The position numbers were made by a program, and so were the translations under genes. Below are positions 20,819 through 29,887 of a stretch of DNA of 64,000 nt, piece by piece. Location: positions 1,280,001-1,344,000 of the forward strand of contig OY968769.1 of NCBI GenBank assembly GCA_963695345.1, written 5' to 3'. Under the pieces are notes generated by a model, which was given only the letters and a program-made list of their open reading frames with translations, made no database searches and was not told the origin of the DNA. This stretch comes from an uncultured Methanomassiliicoccales archaeon. GTDB lineage: Archaea; Thermoplasmatota; Thermoplasmata; Methanomassiliicoccales; UBA472. How positions within the stretch are numbered: the stretch's first letter is position 1; every line of letters starts with the position of its first letter.

Positions 20819-21459
20819 TCAGATGAGCCTCTCTGCAGGGCCCATGGTCGTCTTGATGTAAGCCGACCGGATGTTCATCGTTCCCTTTTCCAGTTTGACC
20901 GCTGATCCTCTTGATTATGAGGTCGATGTTGTCAGCGATCTGCTCCGGAGTCATATCAGTCGTACCTACCGGGACGTGGAACGTCATTTTGTCCTTGCTT
21001 CTGATGGCGACGGACTTCCTCAGGTTATCCACCATCGACTTCGGGTCGGCGCCTGGGGCGATTGGCCTCGGCATCTTACCCCGGGGAGCGAGCACGATAC
21101 CCAATCTCTTACCGACGGTCGGCATCAATGGCGCTTCGCAGACGAAGAAATCGTGCTGCTGCGGCAACCTTCTTTGCCTCCCTCTTGTTGTCGGCGAGGG
21201 TTCCCAGCTCCTCTGGGGTGACGACCTTGTCGGCGACGTTCTTGGCCTTCTGGGCAAGTTCGCCACCGCCGATGATGCAGACCCGGACAGCCCTACCCCT
21301 ACCATGAGGCAAGATGATATCTTCCTGTATCCTGTTCTTCGGGATAGAAAGATCCACATCCTTCAGGTTTATCGATAGGTCGACCGTCTCTCTAAAATTG
21401 CGCTTCGGAGATTTCTCCAGCGCCTTCTTGACGGCCGTAAGTGTTGTCTTCTCTGCCAA
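20819..21459 (-). CDS. rpl1: 50S ribosomal protein uL1 (two frameshifts, ~21160 and ~20900)
   Basis: KRNF.ETVDL, LAPRGKMP and KTTMGP lie in three successive frame segments. Confidence 0.93.
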
Positions 21460-21470
21460 TGCGATTCCTC

Positions 21471-21501
21471 CTGTAGTATTAACGAGTTGCCTCTCCTACA
21501 G
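21471..21501 (-). promoter_or_regulatory. L1-binding autoregulatory mRNA leader
   Basis: CUGUAG-GA-GAG-GCAA-CUC-GUUAAUA-CUACAG: two helices with an asymmetric GA / GUUAAUA loop, abutting the GGAGG SD of rpl1. Confidence 0.75.
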
Positions 21502-21529
21502 AGTGGTAGGCCCCTTAATGGACCTACCG

Positions 21530-21537
21530 TTTATAAA
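21530..21537 (-). promoter_or_regulatory. TATA box of an internal rpl1 promoter
   Basis: TTTATAAA in the rpl11-rpl1 gap, about 30 nt upstream of the leader structure. Confidence 0.6.
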
Positions 21538-21560
21538 TTTTATGTAAGGGACGGGGTTGT

Positions 21561-22040
21561 TCAGGCCGCGAATTTCGCGTCCCACTTGCCCTCGTCGATC
21601 TCCCTCAGGATGTCCTTCGGCTCCTTGCCCTCGACGGTGATACCGCACGAGACGCAGGTTCCGATGACCTCCTTGGCACGGTGCTTCTGGTCCTTGCCCA
21701 TGAGGGAGTCCTTCTTCATCTCGCGATACCTTGACCGCCTGCTCCATGGTGATGTCGCCGACCTTGGTCGCGTTCGGCGCGCCCGATCCCTTCTCCACGC
21801 CCAGTCTCCTTGAACAGGAGCGCGGATGTTGGAGGGGTACCGACCTTGATCTCGAAGGTCTTGTTGGCCGTCGATGATGATCTTGACCGGGACCTTCATT
21901 CCCGCGAAGGCCTTGGTCTTCTCGTTGATCTTCTGCACTACCTGGACGACGTTGATCCCAGTCGGGCCCAGCGCTGGGCCGAGCGGCTGACCGGGTGTGG
22001 CCTTGCCACCGTCTACTAGCACTTCAATAGTTTCTGGCAT
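21561..22040 (-). CDS. rpl11: 50S ribosomal protein uL11 (three mutually compensating indels)
   Basis: GGKATPG.PLGPALG and GTC.S.G motifs. The middle (TFEIKVGTPPTSALL, KGSG.PN) is read in other frames. Confidence 0.93.
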   Translation of the reverse strand: MPETIEVLVDGGKATPGQPLGPALGPTGINVVQVVQKINEKTKAFAGMKVPVKIIIDGQQDLRDQGRYPSNIRAPVQGDWAWRRDRARRTRPRSATSPWSRRSRYREMKKDSLMGKDQKHRAKEVIGTCVSCGITVEGKEPKDILREIDEGKWDAKFAA

Positions 22041-22045
22041 TATAC

Positions 22046-22919
22046 TCACTTCTCCTTCTCGAGAACTCTCACGTGGTCGCCTCTAACGGTGACCGGAATC
22101 GGAACGGTCGCCTCGAACAGCTCGACGGTGATCTCTTCCTTGCTCTCATCGATCTTCTGGACCCTGGCCTTCTCGCCCTTGAACGGACCGGCGACCAGTT
22201 CGACCACGTCACCCTCCATGATCCCGGAAACCAGCGGCTTCGGGGTCAGGAAGTGCTCGATCTCGTTGAAGCTCGTCTCGCCTTCCACCAGGCCCTTGGC
22301 CTTGCGGACGCCGCGGACGGTCTCCCTCACTAGGTCGGTGTTCATTGCTTCCATGAAGACGTAACCATCTAACTTGCCCGGGGCAAGGATGGCGAAAATA
22401 CCGGTGTTGCCGGCACCTATCTTGGCCTTGCTGGAGACGCCGTCTGCGACGTTCCTTTCATGGCCGATCGAGGTCTTAAGGACCAGGATCGACTGTCTGG
22501 CGGTAGCGCTGAACTCTTTGGTCGCGCATACCTGGTCTCCAAGGCAGACCTCCAACTCGATGGTCACCTTATCGTTATAACGGGCACCTTTGGGCGCCTC
22601 GACGATGAGCTTGAGATCTTTCGGGCGCGGTCCGTCCAGATTGAACTCGGCCTGAGGTGAGCCAGCAGCCTGGCTCTCCCATAGGTGCGCGCCAGTGGCG
22701 TCGGTGATCTTGATCTCCCATTCCGGCGCACCCTCTTCCAGGGTGATCATTGACGCGTAGAACGACCTTCTTCTTGCCGCTGTCATTGCTCTTGACCTGT
22801 AGCGGCCAGGTCGTGACGGATCCCGCAGCCATGACGCTGGGGGCATTATCTCCGCTAAGGGAGATAGAACCGGCGCCCTGCGTCTGGGGCATTAGTGTCT
22901 GGTTATCTTCATCAGTCAT
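22046..22919 (-). CDS. spt5: Transcription elongation factor Spt5/NusG with an N-terminal extra domain (frameshift ~22750)
   Basis: NGN domain (KTSIGHE, GYVF.EA) and KOW domain (GDVVELVAGPFKGEKARV), preceded by about 140 extra aa. Confidence 0.9.
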
Positions 22920-22947
22920 ACGATATACCCCGGCAATGAAACGGACA

Positions 22948-23172
22948 TTAGCCGAACAGCCCCGGCAAGTACTTCCATATTAAGTATATTGCGAAGCCCA
23001 CCCCGCCGATGAGCATGATACCTAGGCCGGTGATCATGACGGTCTTGACGTACTCATCGGGAGTGGGCTTGCGGGCCATCTTGATGACTCGGCCGTACTT
23101 GCCCTTGCCGATCTTCTTGACCCTATCTTCGATAGTCTCTTGGACTTCCCAGGATTTCTCGACGATGTCCAT
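22948..23172 (-). CDS. secE: Protein translocase SecE/Sec61 gamma
   Basis: YGRVIKMARKPT.DEY followed by one TM helix. Confidence 0.95.
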   Translation of the reverse strand: MDIVEKSWEVQETIEDRVKKIGKGKYGRVIKMARKPTPDEYVKTVMITGLGIMLIGGVGFAIYLIWKYLPGLFG

Positions 23173-23238
23173 TTTTAAGCACTCTTGAAGAGGGGTCTAT
23201 TAGTTTTCTCTAGATAATCCTTTCCTCACGCATCTGCA

Positions 23239-24353
23239 TCATTTGATGAAATCTACGTTCATCGCCTTTACAGACTTCGATTCCTTCGGACCGAGGATGT
23301 TCTTGGACTTGACGCCGGTGATGACCACCATCACCCGGACGCGGTTCTCCAAGGCTGGATCGACCGACGCACCCCAGATGATCCGGGCATTGGGAGAGAC
23401 CTTGGCCTGTATCAGCTCGGCCACCTTCTGGGCGTCGCCGATGGTCATGTCCTCTCCGCCGGTGACGTTCACCAGCACTCCGTTGGCCCCGGAGATGTCG
23501 ACGTCGATGAGCGGTGAGTTGATGGCCTCGTCGACCGCGTCCTCGACCCGGTCGTCCTCCTCGCCCTCTCCCATGCCGATCATGGCGACGCCTCCGCCCT
23601 TCATGATGGTGCGCAGGTCGTTGAAGTCGAGGTTGACCAGTCCTGGCTTGGTGATCAGCTCGGTGATGCCCTTTATGGCCCGCATCAGGACCTCATCGGC
23701 CACCTTGAACGCCTGGTTGAGCGAGTACCGGGGCACCAGCTCGATGAGCTTGTCGTTCGGGATGACGATCACCGTGTCGGCGACCGCCCTCATCCTCTCC
23801 AGTCCCCATTCGGCGTTCTCCGCCCGGATGGTTCCCTCGGCCTTGAACGGGGAGGTGACTATCGCTATCGTCAGCGCTCCCATGTCCTTGGCCAGCTGTG
23901 CGACGTAAGGGGCGGAACCGGTACCGGTGCCTCCACCCAAGCCCGGCGGTGACGAATACGATGTCCGCTCCCTGGAGGGCCTTCCTCAGCTCCTCCTCCG
24001 CCTCCCTGGCCGCCTCCTCTCCAACCTGGGGCAATGCTCCGGCGCCCAAGTCCGCGGGTGCTCCTCCGGCCCAACAGGATCTTCTTGTGCGCCCGGGTCA
24101 CCAGCAGGTGCTGGGCGTCGGTGTTGGCCGCATAAAGGTCGGCATCCTTGATGTTCGACGCGTAGAGCCGGTCGATGGTGTTCGACCCACCGCCTCCGCA
24201 GCCGATGATCTTGATGTTGGTCCTCAGGCCCATGAGGATCTTCGTCAGTTCCTCATCCTCTTGAGAGGTGGATTTTCCAGTCTGCGTCTGAACTGGCTCT
24301 GCTGCACCTGCAGGTCCTGCACGGGTAAGGGCGTCGGTGATGAACGATTTCAA
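23239..24353 (-). CDS. ftsZ: Cell division protein FtsZ, paralog A (two frameshifts, ~24050 and ~23940)
   Basis: [28 protein letters not shown]. Occupies the conserved ftsZ1 position upstream of secE-spt5. Confidence 0.92.
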
Positions 24354-24563
24354 GGTAAGTTCCTCCTCGTTGTGACCATGACTGCATCGCTGGCAATGTG
24401 ATGGTTAATGTCGTTAGTGGCTTGGGGTGTATAAAACATTTCGGTGATGATTTGGATAAAATTGGATTTTCCCTCATTTTCGATCGCTCGTCCACTCCCC
24501 TATCTGGATAGGCTATTGTTTCAGAGTCAGGTCGATCAATTATTTCGGATTATTTGACCATTG

Positions 24564-24647
24564 ATGTAAAGTAATATTTACTAAAAGAAATAATACATTA
24601 CAATAAGTATATGTAATAATATCATTATGTACATATATACATTACAT
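24564..24647. promoter_or_regulatory. AT-rich array of TGTAA...TTACA operator-like repeats
   Basis: GTAAA-N6-TTTAC at 24566-24581, ATACATTACA at 24593 and 24637, ATGTAAT...ATTACAT inverted repeat at 24611-24647. Confidence 0.6.
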
Positions 24648-24679
24648 CATCGATTAGTATTGTCCCTGAGTGAATTCAT

Positions 24680-24882
24680 ATGAAGAACAATCTTCGAGTA
24701 TATCGGGCTTGACGAACATGACCCAGGCCGAGCTTGCCGAGAAGATCGGCGTGAGCAGGCAGACGATCATCTGTATTGAGAACGAGAGGTTCGACCCTTC
24801 ACTGGAGCTCGCTTTCAAGATATCGCGGTTCTTCAAGGTCAGGATAGAGGACGTCTTCCTGTTCGATCTAAAGGAGAAGTAA
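24680..24882 (+). CDS. XRE-family HTH regulator (one-base deletion near 24709)
   Basis: MKNNLRVYRA joined to (L)TNMTQAELAEKIGVSRQTII.IE...FDPSLELAFKI. Confidence 0.88.
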
Positions 24883-24920
24883 TAGAAGAATAGGAAAGGG
24901 TTTGCGACCGGGTTCGGAGC

Positions 24921-26054
24921 TCACTTAATGAAGTCGACGTCTGAGCCCTTGAGCTTCGCCTGCTCGTTGGACTTGCCGAGTATCTGCTTGGAGTGCACGC
25001 CCGCGATGACGACCATCACCCGGATCTTGTGCTCCAGTGCCGGGTCCACGCCCGCACCCCAGATGATCCGGGCATTGGGACTGACCCTCTTCTGCACTTC
25101 CTCCGCCACCTTCTGGGCGTCGCCGATGGTCATGTCCGGTCCGCCTACGACGTTCACCAGGACTCCGTTAGCGGTGCTGATGTCGACCTCGAGCAGAGGG
25201 GAGTTGAGGGCCATCTGGATGGCTTCCAGTGCCCTGTCCTCCACATGACCGGTGGATTCTCCCATGCCGATCATGGCCACGCCGGCGCCCTTCATGATGG
25301 TGCGCAGGTCGTTGAAATCGAGGTTGACGAGTCCTGGCTTGGTGATCAGTTCGGTGATCCCCTTGATCGCCCTGGTCAGGACCTCGTCCGCCACTTTGAA
25401 GGCTTGGTTAAGGGAAAGTCTGGGGTAGAGCTCCAACAGCTTGTCGTTCGGGATGACGATGACGGTATCCGCGGAGTTCCTGAGCCTCTCCAGGCCCCAC
25501 TCGGCGTTCTCCATCCTCATCTTGCCCTCGCCCTTGAACGGAGTGGTGGTAACCGCGATGGTCAACGCGCCCGCATCCTTGGCGATCCCGGCCACGACTG
25601 CCGCGGCGCCGGTTCCGGTGCCGCCGCCCATTCCCGCGGTCACGAAGACGATGTTCGCATCCTGTACCGCCTTGCGTATCTCCTGTTCGGCCTCTTGGGC
25701 CGCTTGCTCTCCTGCCTGCGGCAATGCCCCTGCACCTAATCCGCGGGTGCTTCTCCTTCCGAGGAGGATCTTGTGCTGGGCCCTGACCATCAGCAAGTGC
25801 TGCGCGTCCGTGTTCGCCGCATATGTCTCGGCCCCGACGATCTGCTCGTCGTAGATCCGGTTGATGGTGTTGGAACCGCCCCCTCCGACACCGATGATCT
25901 TAATGTTGGTCCTCAGCGTTTGCAGAATCGCTATGAGTTCCGCGTCCGCATCGTCTGCCTGTTTGAAGGCCGGCTGAGCCGCCGGCGCCTGCTCGAACTT
26001 CGGCATAGGCGCGTCGTCCCTGGCCAGTGCATCCTCAACTAATGATTTCAACAT
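24921..26054 (-). CDS. ftsZ: Cell division protein FtsZ, paralog B (intact)
   Basis: [37 protein letters not shown] tail. Confidence 0.96.
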   Translation of the reverse strand: MLKSLVEDALARDDAPMPKFEQAPAAQPAFKQADDADAELIAILQTLRTNIKIIGVGGGGSNTINRIYDEQIVGAETYAANTDAQHLLMVRAQHKILLGRRSTRGLGAGALPQAGEQAAQEAEQEIRKAVQDANIVFVTAGMGGGTGTGAAAVVAGIAKDAGALTIAVTTTPFKGEGKMRMENAEWGLERLRNSADTVIVIPNDKLLELYPRLSLNQAFKVADEVLTRAIKGITELITKPGLVNLDFNDLRTIMKGAGVAMIGMGESTGHVEDRALEAIQMALNSPLLEVDISTANGVLVNVVGGPDMTIGDAQKVAEEVQKRVSPNARIIWGAGVDPALEHKIRVMVVIAGVHSKQILGKSNEQAKLKGSDVDFIK

Positions 26055-26252
26055 CCCATTTCCCTTCCTGATAGCCCGAAGTGACCACTAATATTGATCC
26101 CCATATGCTGACGGATTATAAAAATCATATCGGGGTTTTACTTGCCAGGCGAAAAGAATGAACGCGGTCGGATTGCCGATTAATGGGATCGGCCTATCCG
26201 ACGAGAAAAAATAATCATCTGACGGCATTTGACCAAGCAATGGTCGAGCATA

Positions 26253-26530
26253 ATGAATGTACGGGCGGAAGCAATATTCAAGGGTAAGGTCCAGGGGGTC
26301 CATTTCCGCGATTACACCCGAAGGTTCGCCCACAAGAAGGCGTGTCAACGGGTGGGTCAAGAACCTACCCAACGGCACGGTCGAGGCGGTTTTCGAAGGG
26401 GAGAAGGAGGACATCGAGGAGGTGATCCGAATGCTCAGGGATGAGCACCCCTATCGCCCGTGTGGATGCCATAGATCGACCGTTATGGACAGAATACCAA
26501 GGTCGGTATGGCGGATTCGAGATCCGTTAG
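26253..26530 (+). CDS. acyP: Acylphosphatase (frameshifted)
   Basis: GKVQGV.FR, GWVKNL.NG.VE and FEIR* in successive frames. Confidence 0.88.
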
Positions 26531-27441
26531 TTCTCAAGCCTTTCCAGGTCTATCCCGTAGACCTTCTTCGGATTGTCCTTGTTGACCTTCCAGACGGCCT
26601 CGATCAATTCCGATGTGGCGATGCCGGACTGGACGATGCCCTTGATCCTTTTCGGAACGGTATCGACGGGCAGGACAGCTCCCGGGCGGGTCGGCTCGTC
26701 CATGAAATCCGTCTCGAGGAAGAAACGGCTTCCTTTGCCAAATGCTTCTTGGACGTTACCCCTTGATGCCAGGACAGAGGCCATCAGTCCCCGGTTCTCC
26801 TCCTCGAGCACCAATGGAGGCGAGTAGTGTTTTACCACCTTTCCCCTATCAAGACCGACGGAATCTGCCATACGTCCAAGGTCTTCCATGGTCTCCGGGG
26901 TGGCCGTCTCCGCGTGGATGACGATGGGGCACCCCGCTTCCCTGGCCAGGGACATGCCGTAGCGCAGGATATCGTTGGAAGCCTCCATAATCTCGGGCGG
27001 TACCTCAAAATGAGGCCTGCCGACCTCGCCAATGGCTATTGCCTTTCCCTCCCGTACGAGCCGGGCAGCCGATTCCATGCCTTCTTTCATCATCTGAATG
27101 GCCGGTCCGAGGCCATGGTTCTTGGCAAGGTCGATGAGCAGGACCGGGTAAGGACCAAGAGTTACGAAGACACCCACATGCGATTCCCGATTGCAGCGGT
27201 CAGCGGTTTCCATCGTGATCTGGTATGAGCGCTCGAAATCAGCTCCGCAGGTTATCTGCAGTTCGTCATAGGGCATGTGGCTCAGAATCGCGTGAGTGCC
27301 TCCCGCCTTCTCGAACTCCTTGATCGCCTCGACGTTGCGGCCCTTAGGCTGCAGGTGCAAGTGATTGTCCATGATAGGGAAGTCGATTTTCACAGTGACC
27401 GCGTCCTCAGGCCGAGCGTTTTCGATATCATGCCCACGCAC
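26527..27441 (-). CDS. TatD-family metal-dependent hydrolase (archaeal)
   Basis: DNHLH, IGEVGRPH, HAE, VKHY, ETDF.D motifs. Confidence 0.88.
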   Translation of the reverse strand: MRGHDIENARPEDAVTVKIDFPIMDNHLHLQPKGRNVEAIKEFEKAGGTHAILSHMPYDELQITCGADFERSYQITMETADRCNRESHVGVFVTLGPYPVLLIDLAKNHGLGPAIQMMKEGMESAARLVREGKAIAIGEVGRPHFEVPPEIMEASNDILRYGMSLAREAGCPIVIHAETATPETMEDLGRMADSVGLDRGKVVKHYSPPLVLEEENRGLMASVLASRGNVQEAFGKGSRFFLETDFMDEPTRPGAVLPVDTVPKRIKGIVQSGIATSELIEAVWKVNKDNPKKVYGIDLERLEN

Positions 27442-27629
27442 CCTCCAACGACCTGCGGCCTTTTAGCATCTACGCAGATGATCGTTCGGCAGGTCCAAGG
27501 ACGCTACAGAAAATTTCGAAGATGACACTGCTACATCGGAATATTTGAGGATGTTGCCCCGATCATGTCATTGTTCAAAATATTACTATGTATATTGACA
27601 AAGGTCTGGTCTGCCTCGTCATTATTCTT

Positions 27630-27715
27630 GTCAGACGCTATTTGATTCGCTAACTTTTAAATATTCTCAAGTGAATCATCCAATTTGTCAGACGTTTTAG
27701 CAAAAAGCGTCAGAC
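27630..27715 (+). promoter_or_regulatory. Three GTCAGAC boxes flanking the TATA box of the RHH-ftsZ operon
   Basis: GTCAGAC at 27630, 27687 and 27709, with TTTTAAATA at about 27655-27663. Confidence 0.65.
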
Positions 27716-27740
27716 AAATCAACGGAACAAGAGTTGTGTC

Positions 27741-28052
27741 ATGGTCGACAGCGAACGGATCACGGTCAGGATTCCTGCTGAAAAGCTACAAGCATTACAG
27801 GCACTGGTGGACAACGGCAAATTCCCGACCATCTCCGATGCGATAAGGGCGGCGATCGAAACGTTCGTCGAAACGCATACAACGCCCGATTACATCGGAA
27901 GGGTGACCGTAGAGCTTCCGAAGACCAAGATAGTTGAACTGGAGGCGCTCGTCAAGGACGGGGACTCGGTCTCAATAGACGACGCCATCAGGAATGCTGT
28001 CAGGGAATATGTCAGAATGCGCCTGGAGAAGGCGGTCAGCGAGTTGAAGTGA
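27741..28052 (+). CDS. Tandem ribbon-helix-helix regulator, CdrS-like
   Basis: Two RHH units (ERITVRIP...SDAIRAAI and RVTVELP...DDAIRNAV) directly upstream of ftsZ. Confidence 0.8.
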   Translation: MVDSERITVRIPAEKLQALQALVDNGKFPTISDAIRAAIETFVETHTTPDYIGRVTVELPKTKIVELEALVKDGDSVSIDDAIRNAVREYVRMRLEKAVSELK

Positions 28053-28079
28053 AGACGCGCTTTCCGTGAGGTAATCAAG

Positions 28080-29099
28080 ATGGGGATTGGCTCGGGATGG
28101 AAAGATCAGTCAGGCATCGACGCTCCTGATCTGAAGATACTCGTCATAGGATGTGGCGGCGGTGGATGCAACAGCATCACCAGGCTGAATCGGATCGGCC
28201 TAGAGTCAGCCATGACGATAGCGATCAACACCGACCAACGCAGTCTGAAGGACACAAAATGCGACAATCGTGTTCTCATCGGGGCCAACTTCACCCATGG
28301 TCTAGGCGCGGGAGGTCTTCCAGAGGTGGGGGAACAATGCGCTCGTAATTGCGCCAACCTGTTCTGCGAGATGTTCAACGATGTCGATCTAACGTTCATC
28401 ATCACTGGCATGGGAGGCGGTACCGGTACCGGGGCGGCCCCGGTCATTGCGGAGTTCGCCCAGAAGGCCGGTTCCATAGTCATTTCGATAGCCACGATGC
28501 CTTTCAAGATCGAGTCCGGTACCAGGCGACGGAACGCCCTGTTAGGGCTTAACCGGCTCAATGAGTATTCGAACACAGTGCTCGTCCTAGACAACAATCG
28601 CCTGATGCAGATGGTGGACAACCTGCCGATGAACCAGGCGCTGGGCGTGATGGACGCCCTCGTCTCCGAGCTGATCAAGGGACTGGTGGACGCCCTGACC
28701 AAGCCGTCGTTGATCAATCTCGATTTCGCCGACCTGCGGACCATAATAAAACATGGGGGCATATCGACCCTACTCTACGCGGAGAACGCCGACCCCGAGG
28801 GCGTCGTCCGCGACGCGGTGCAGAATCCATTGCTGGATGTGGATATCAAGGGCGGCACCGGTGCGCTGATCCACATCTCCGGGGGCAGCAACCTGACCCT
28901 CAGGCGGGTGCATCGCATCGTGGAGGGGCTGACACAAAACCTCGATGTGGACGCCAACGTGAAGTTCGGCGTCAGGACCGTGGATGACGATAACGAGACG
29001 ATAAGGCTGATAGCCCTGGTCACAGGCATATCCGACCTCCCTCCGGCCGCCGGACCCATCGATGACATCAATGTCGTGATAGGCAAATATCGGCGCTGA
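28080..29099 (+). CDS. ftsZ: Cell division protein FtsZ, paralog C (divergent, FtsZ2-like)
   Basis: [33 protein letters not shown]. Confidence 0.9.
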   Translation: MGIGSGWKDQSGIDAPDLKILVIGCGGGGCNSITRLNRIGLESAMTIAINTDQRSLKDTKCDNRVLIGANFTHGLGAGGLPEVGEQCARNCANLFCEMFNDVDLTFIITGMGGGTGTGAAPVIAEFAQKAGSIVISIATMPFKIESGTRRRNALLGLNRLNEYSNTVLVLDNNRLMQMVDNLPMNQALGVMDALVSELIKGLVDALTKPSLINLDFADLRTIIKHGGISTLLYAENADPEGVVRDAVQNPLLDVDIKGGTGALIHISGGSNLTLRRVHRIVEGLTQNLDVDANVKFGVRTVDDDNETIRLIALVTGISDLPPAAGPIDDINVVIGKYRR

Positions 29100-29113
29100 A
29101 GTCACTTTTCCCT

Positions 29114-29824
29114 TTATTTTTTCTCAAGCTTCCTGATCTTCTTGGACGCGTCACCGATGACGCCCATTATGGTATGGAACTCCCAGCTGGTGGGGATCGC
29201 CCGCCCCATCATGCGCCTGAACATGATGCTGGTCTTTTGCTTGCGGTGATCTGGATAGTCGACCGCGTCGAGCAGAGAGTCAAAGAACTGGTAGAACCTG
29301 TCCTTTTCCATCTCGGTCGCCTTCTTCGGGTTGCTCGGCTTGCCATGGCTTGCGAAGATCTCGTACATGACGATGGTGGCCGCGTGGGAAAGGTTGAGGA
29401 TAGGGTACTCCTCGTTCGAGGGTATGTTGACCAGGATGTCGCAACGGGTCAGCTGTTCCTGGGTAAGTCCGATGTCCTCGCGGCCGAAGACCAGCGCCAC
29501 CTCGTCCTCCTGGTCCTTGATCCTATCGGCCAGTTCCCTGGGCGTGATCGGTATGCGTATGAAATGCTTGTCCCCGTAGGTGATTATTCCGCTGGTTCCG
29601 ACGACGAGGAAGCAGCCTGATATCGCCTCCTCGAAGCTGGAAACGGTCGTCGCCGCCTTGAGGATGTAGTTGCCGTGCTTGGCCCGTTTGAACGCCTCCT
29701 CGGTCATTTCGCACGGGTTCACCATGAACAGGTGTTCGAAACCGAAATTGCCCATCGACCTGGCCACCGCTCCCACGTTGCCATCGGTCTGGGGCTCCAC
29801 CAGGACGATCCTGAAGCTGGTCAT
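29114..29824 (-). CDS. trmJ: SPOUT tRNA methyltransferase, TrmJ/LasT family
   Basis: VLVEP...GNVG..AR.M.NFG, FGRE..GL, YP.LNLSHA. Confidence 0.9.
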   Translation of the reverse strand: MTSFRIVLVEPQTDGNVGAVARSMGNFGFEHLFMVNPCEMTEEAFKRAKHGNYILKAATTVSSFEEAISGCFLVVGTSGIITYGDKHFIRIPITPRELADRIKDQEDEVALVFGREDIGLTQEQLTRCDILVNIPSNEEYPILNLSHAATIVMYEIFASHGKPSNPKKATEMEKDRFYQFFDSLLDAVDYPDHRKQKTSIMFRRMMGRAIPTSWEFHTIMGVIGDASKKIRKLEKK

Positions 29825-29887
29825 TTTCTATCCTTCTCGGTAGCGAATCAACCCTGGGTATAATTGTTTTCTGGAAAGGACCGCTGC

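Noticed and set aside
24560-24650. Short repeats as a degenerate CRISPR array
   Set aside because: The repeats are 10 bp or shorter, with no spacer structure and no cas genes. They fit operators better.
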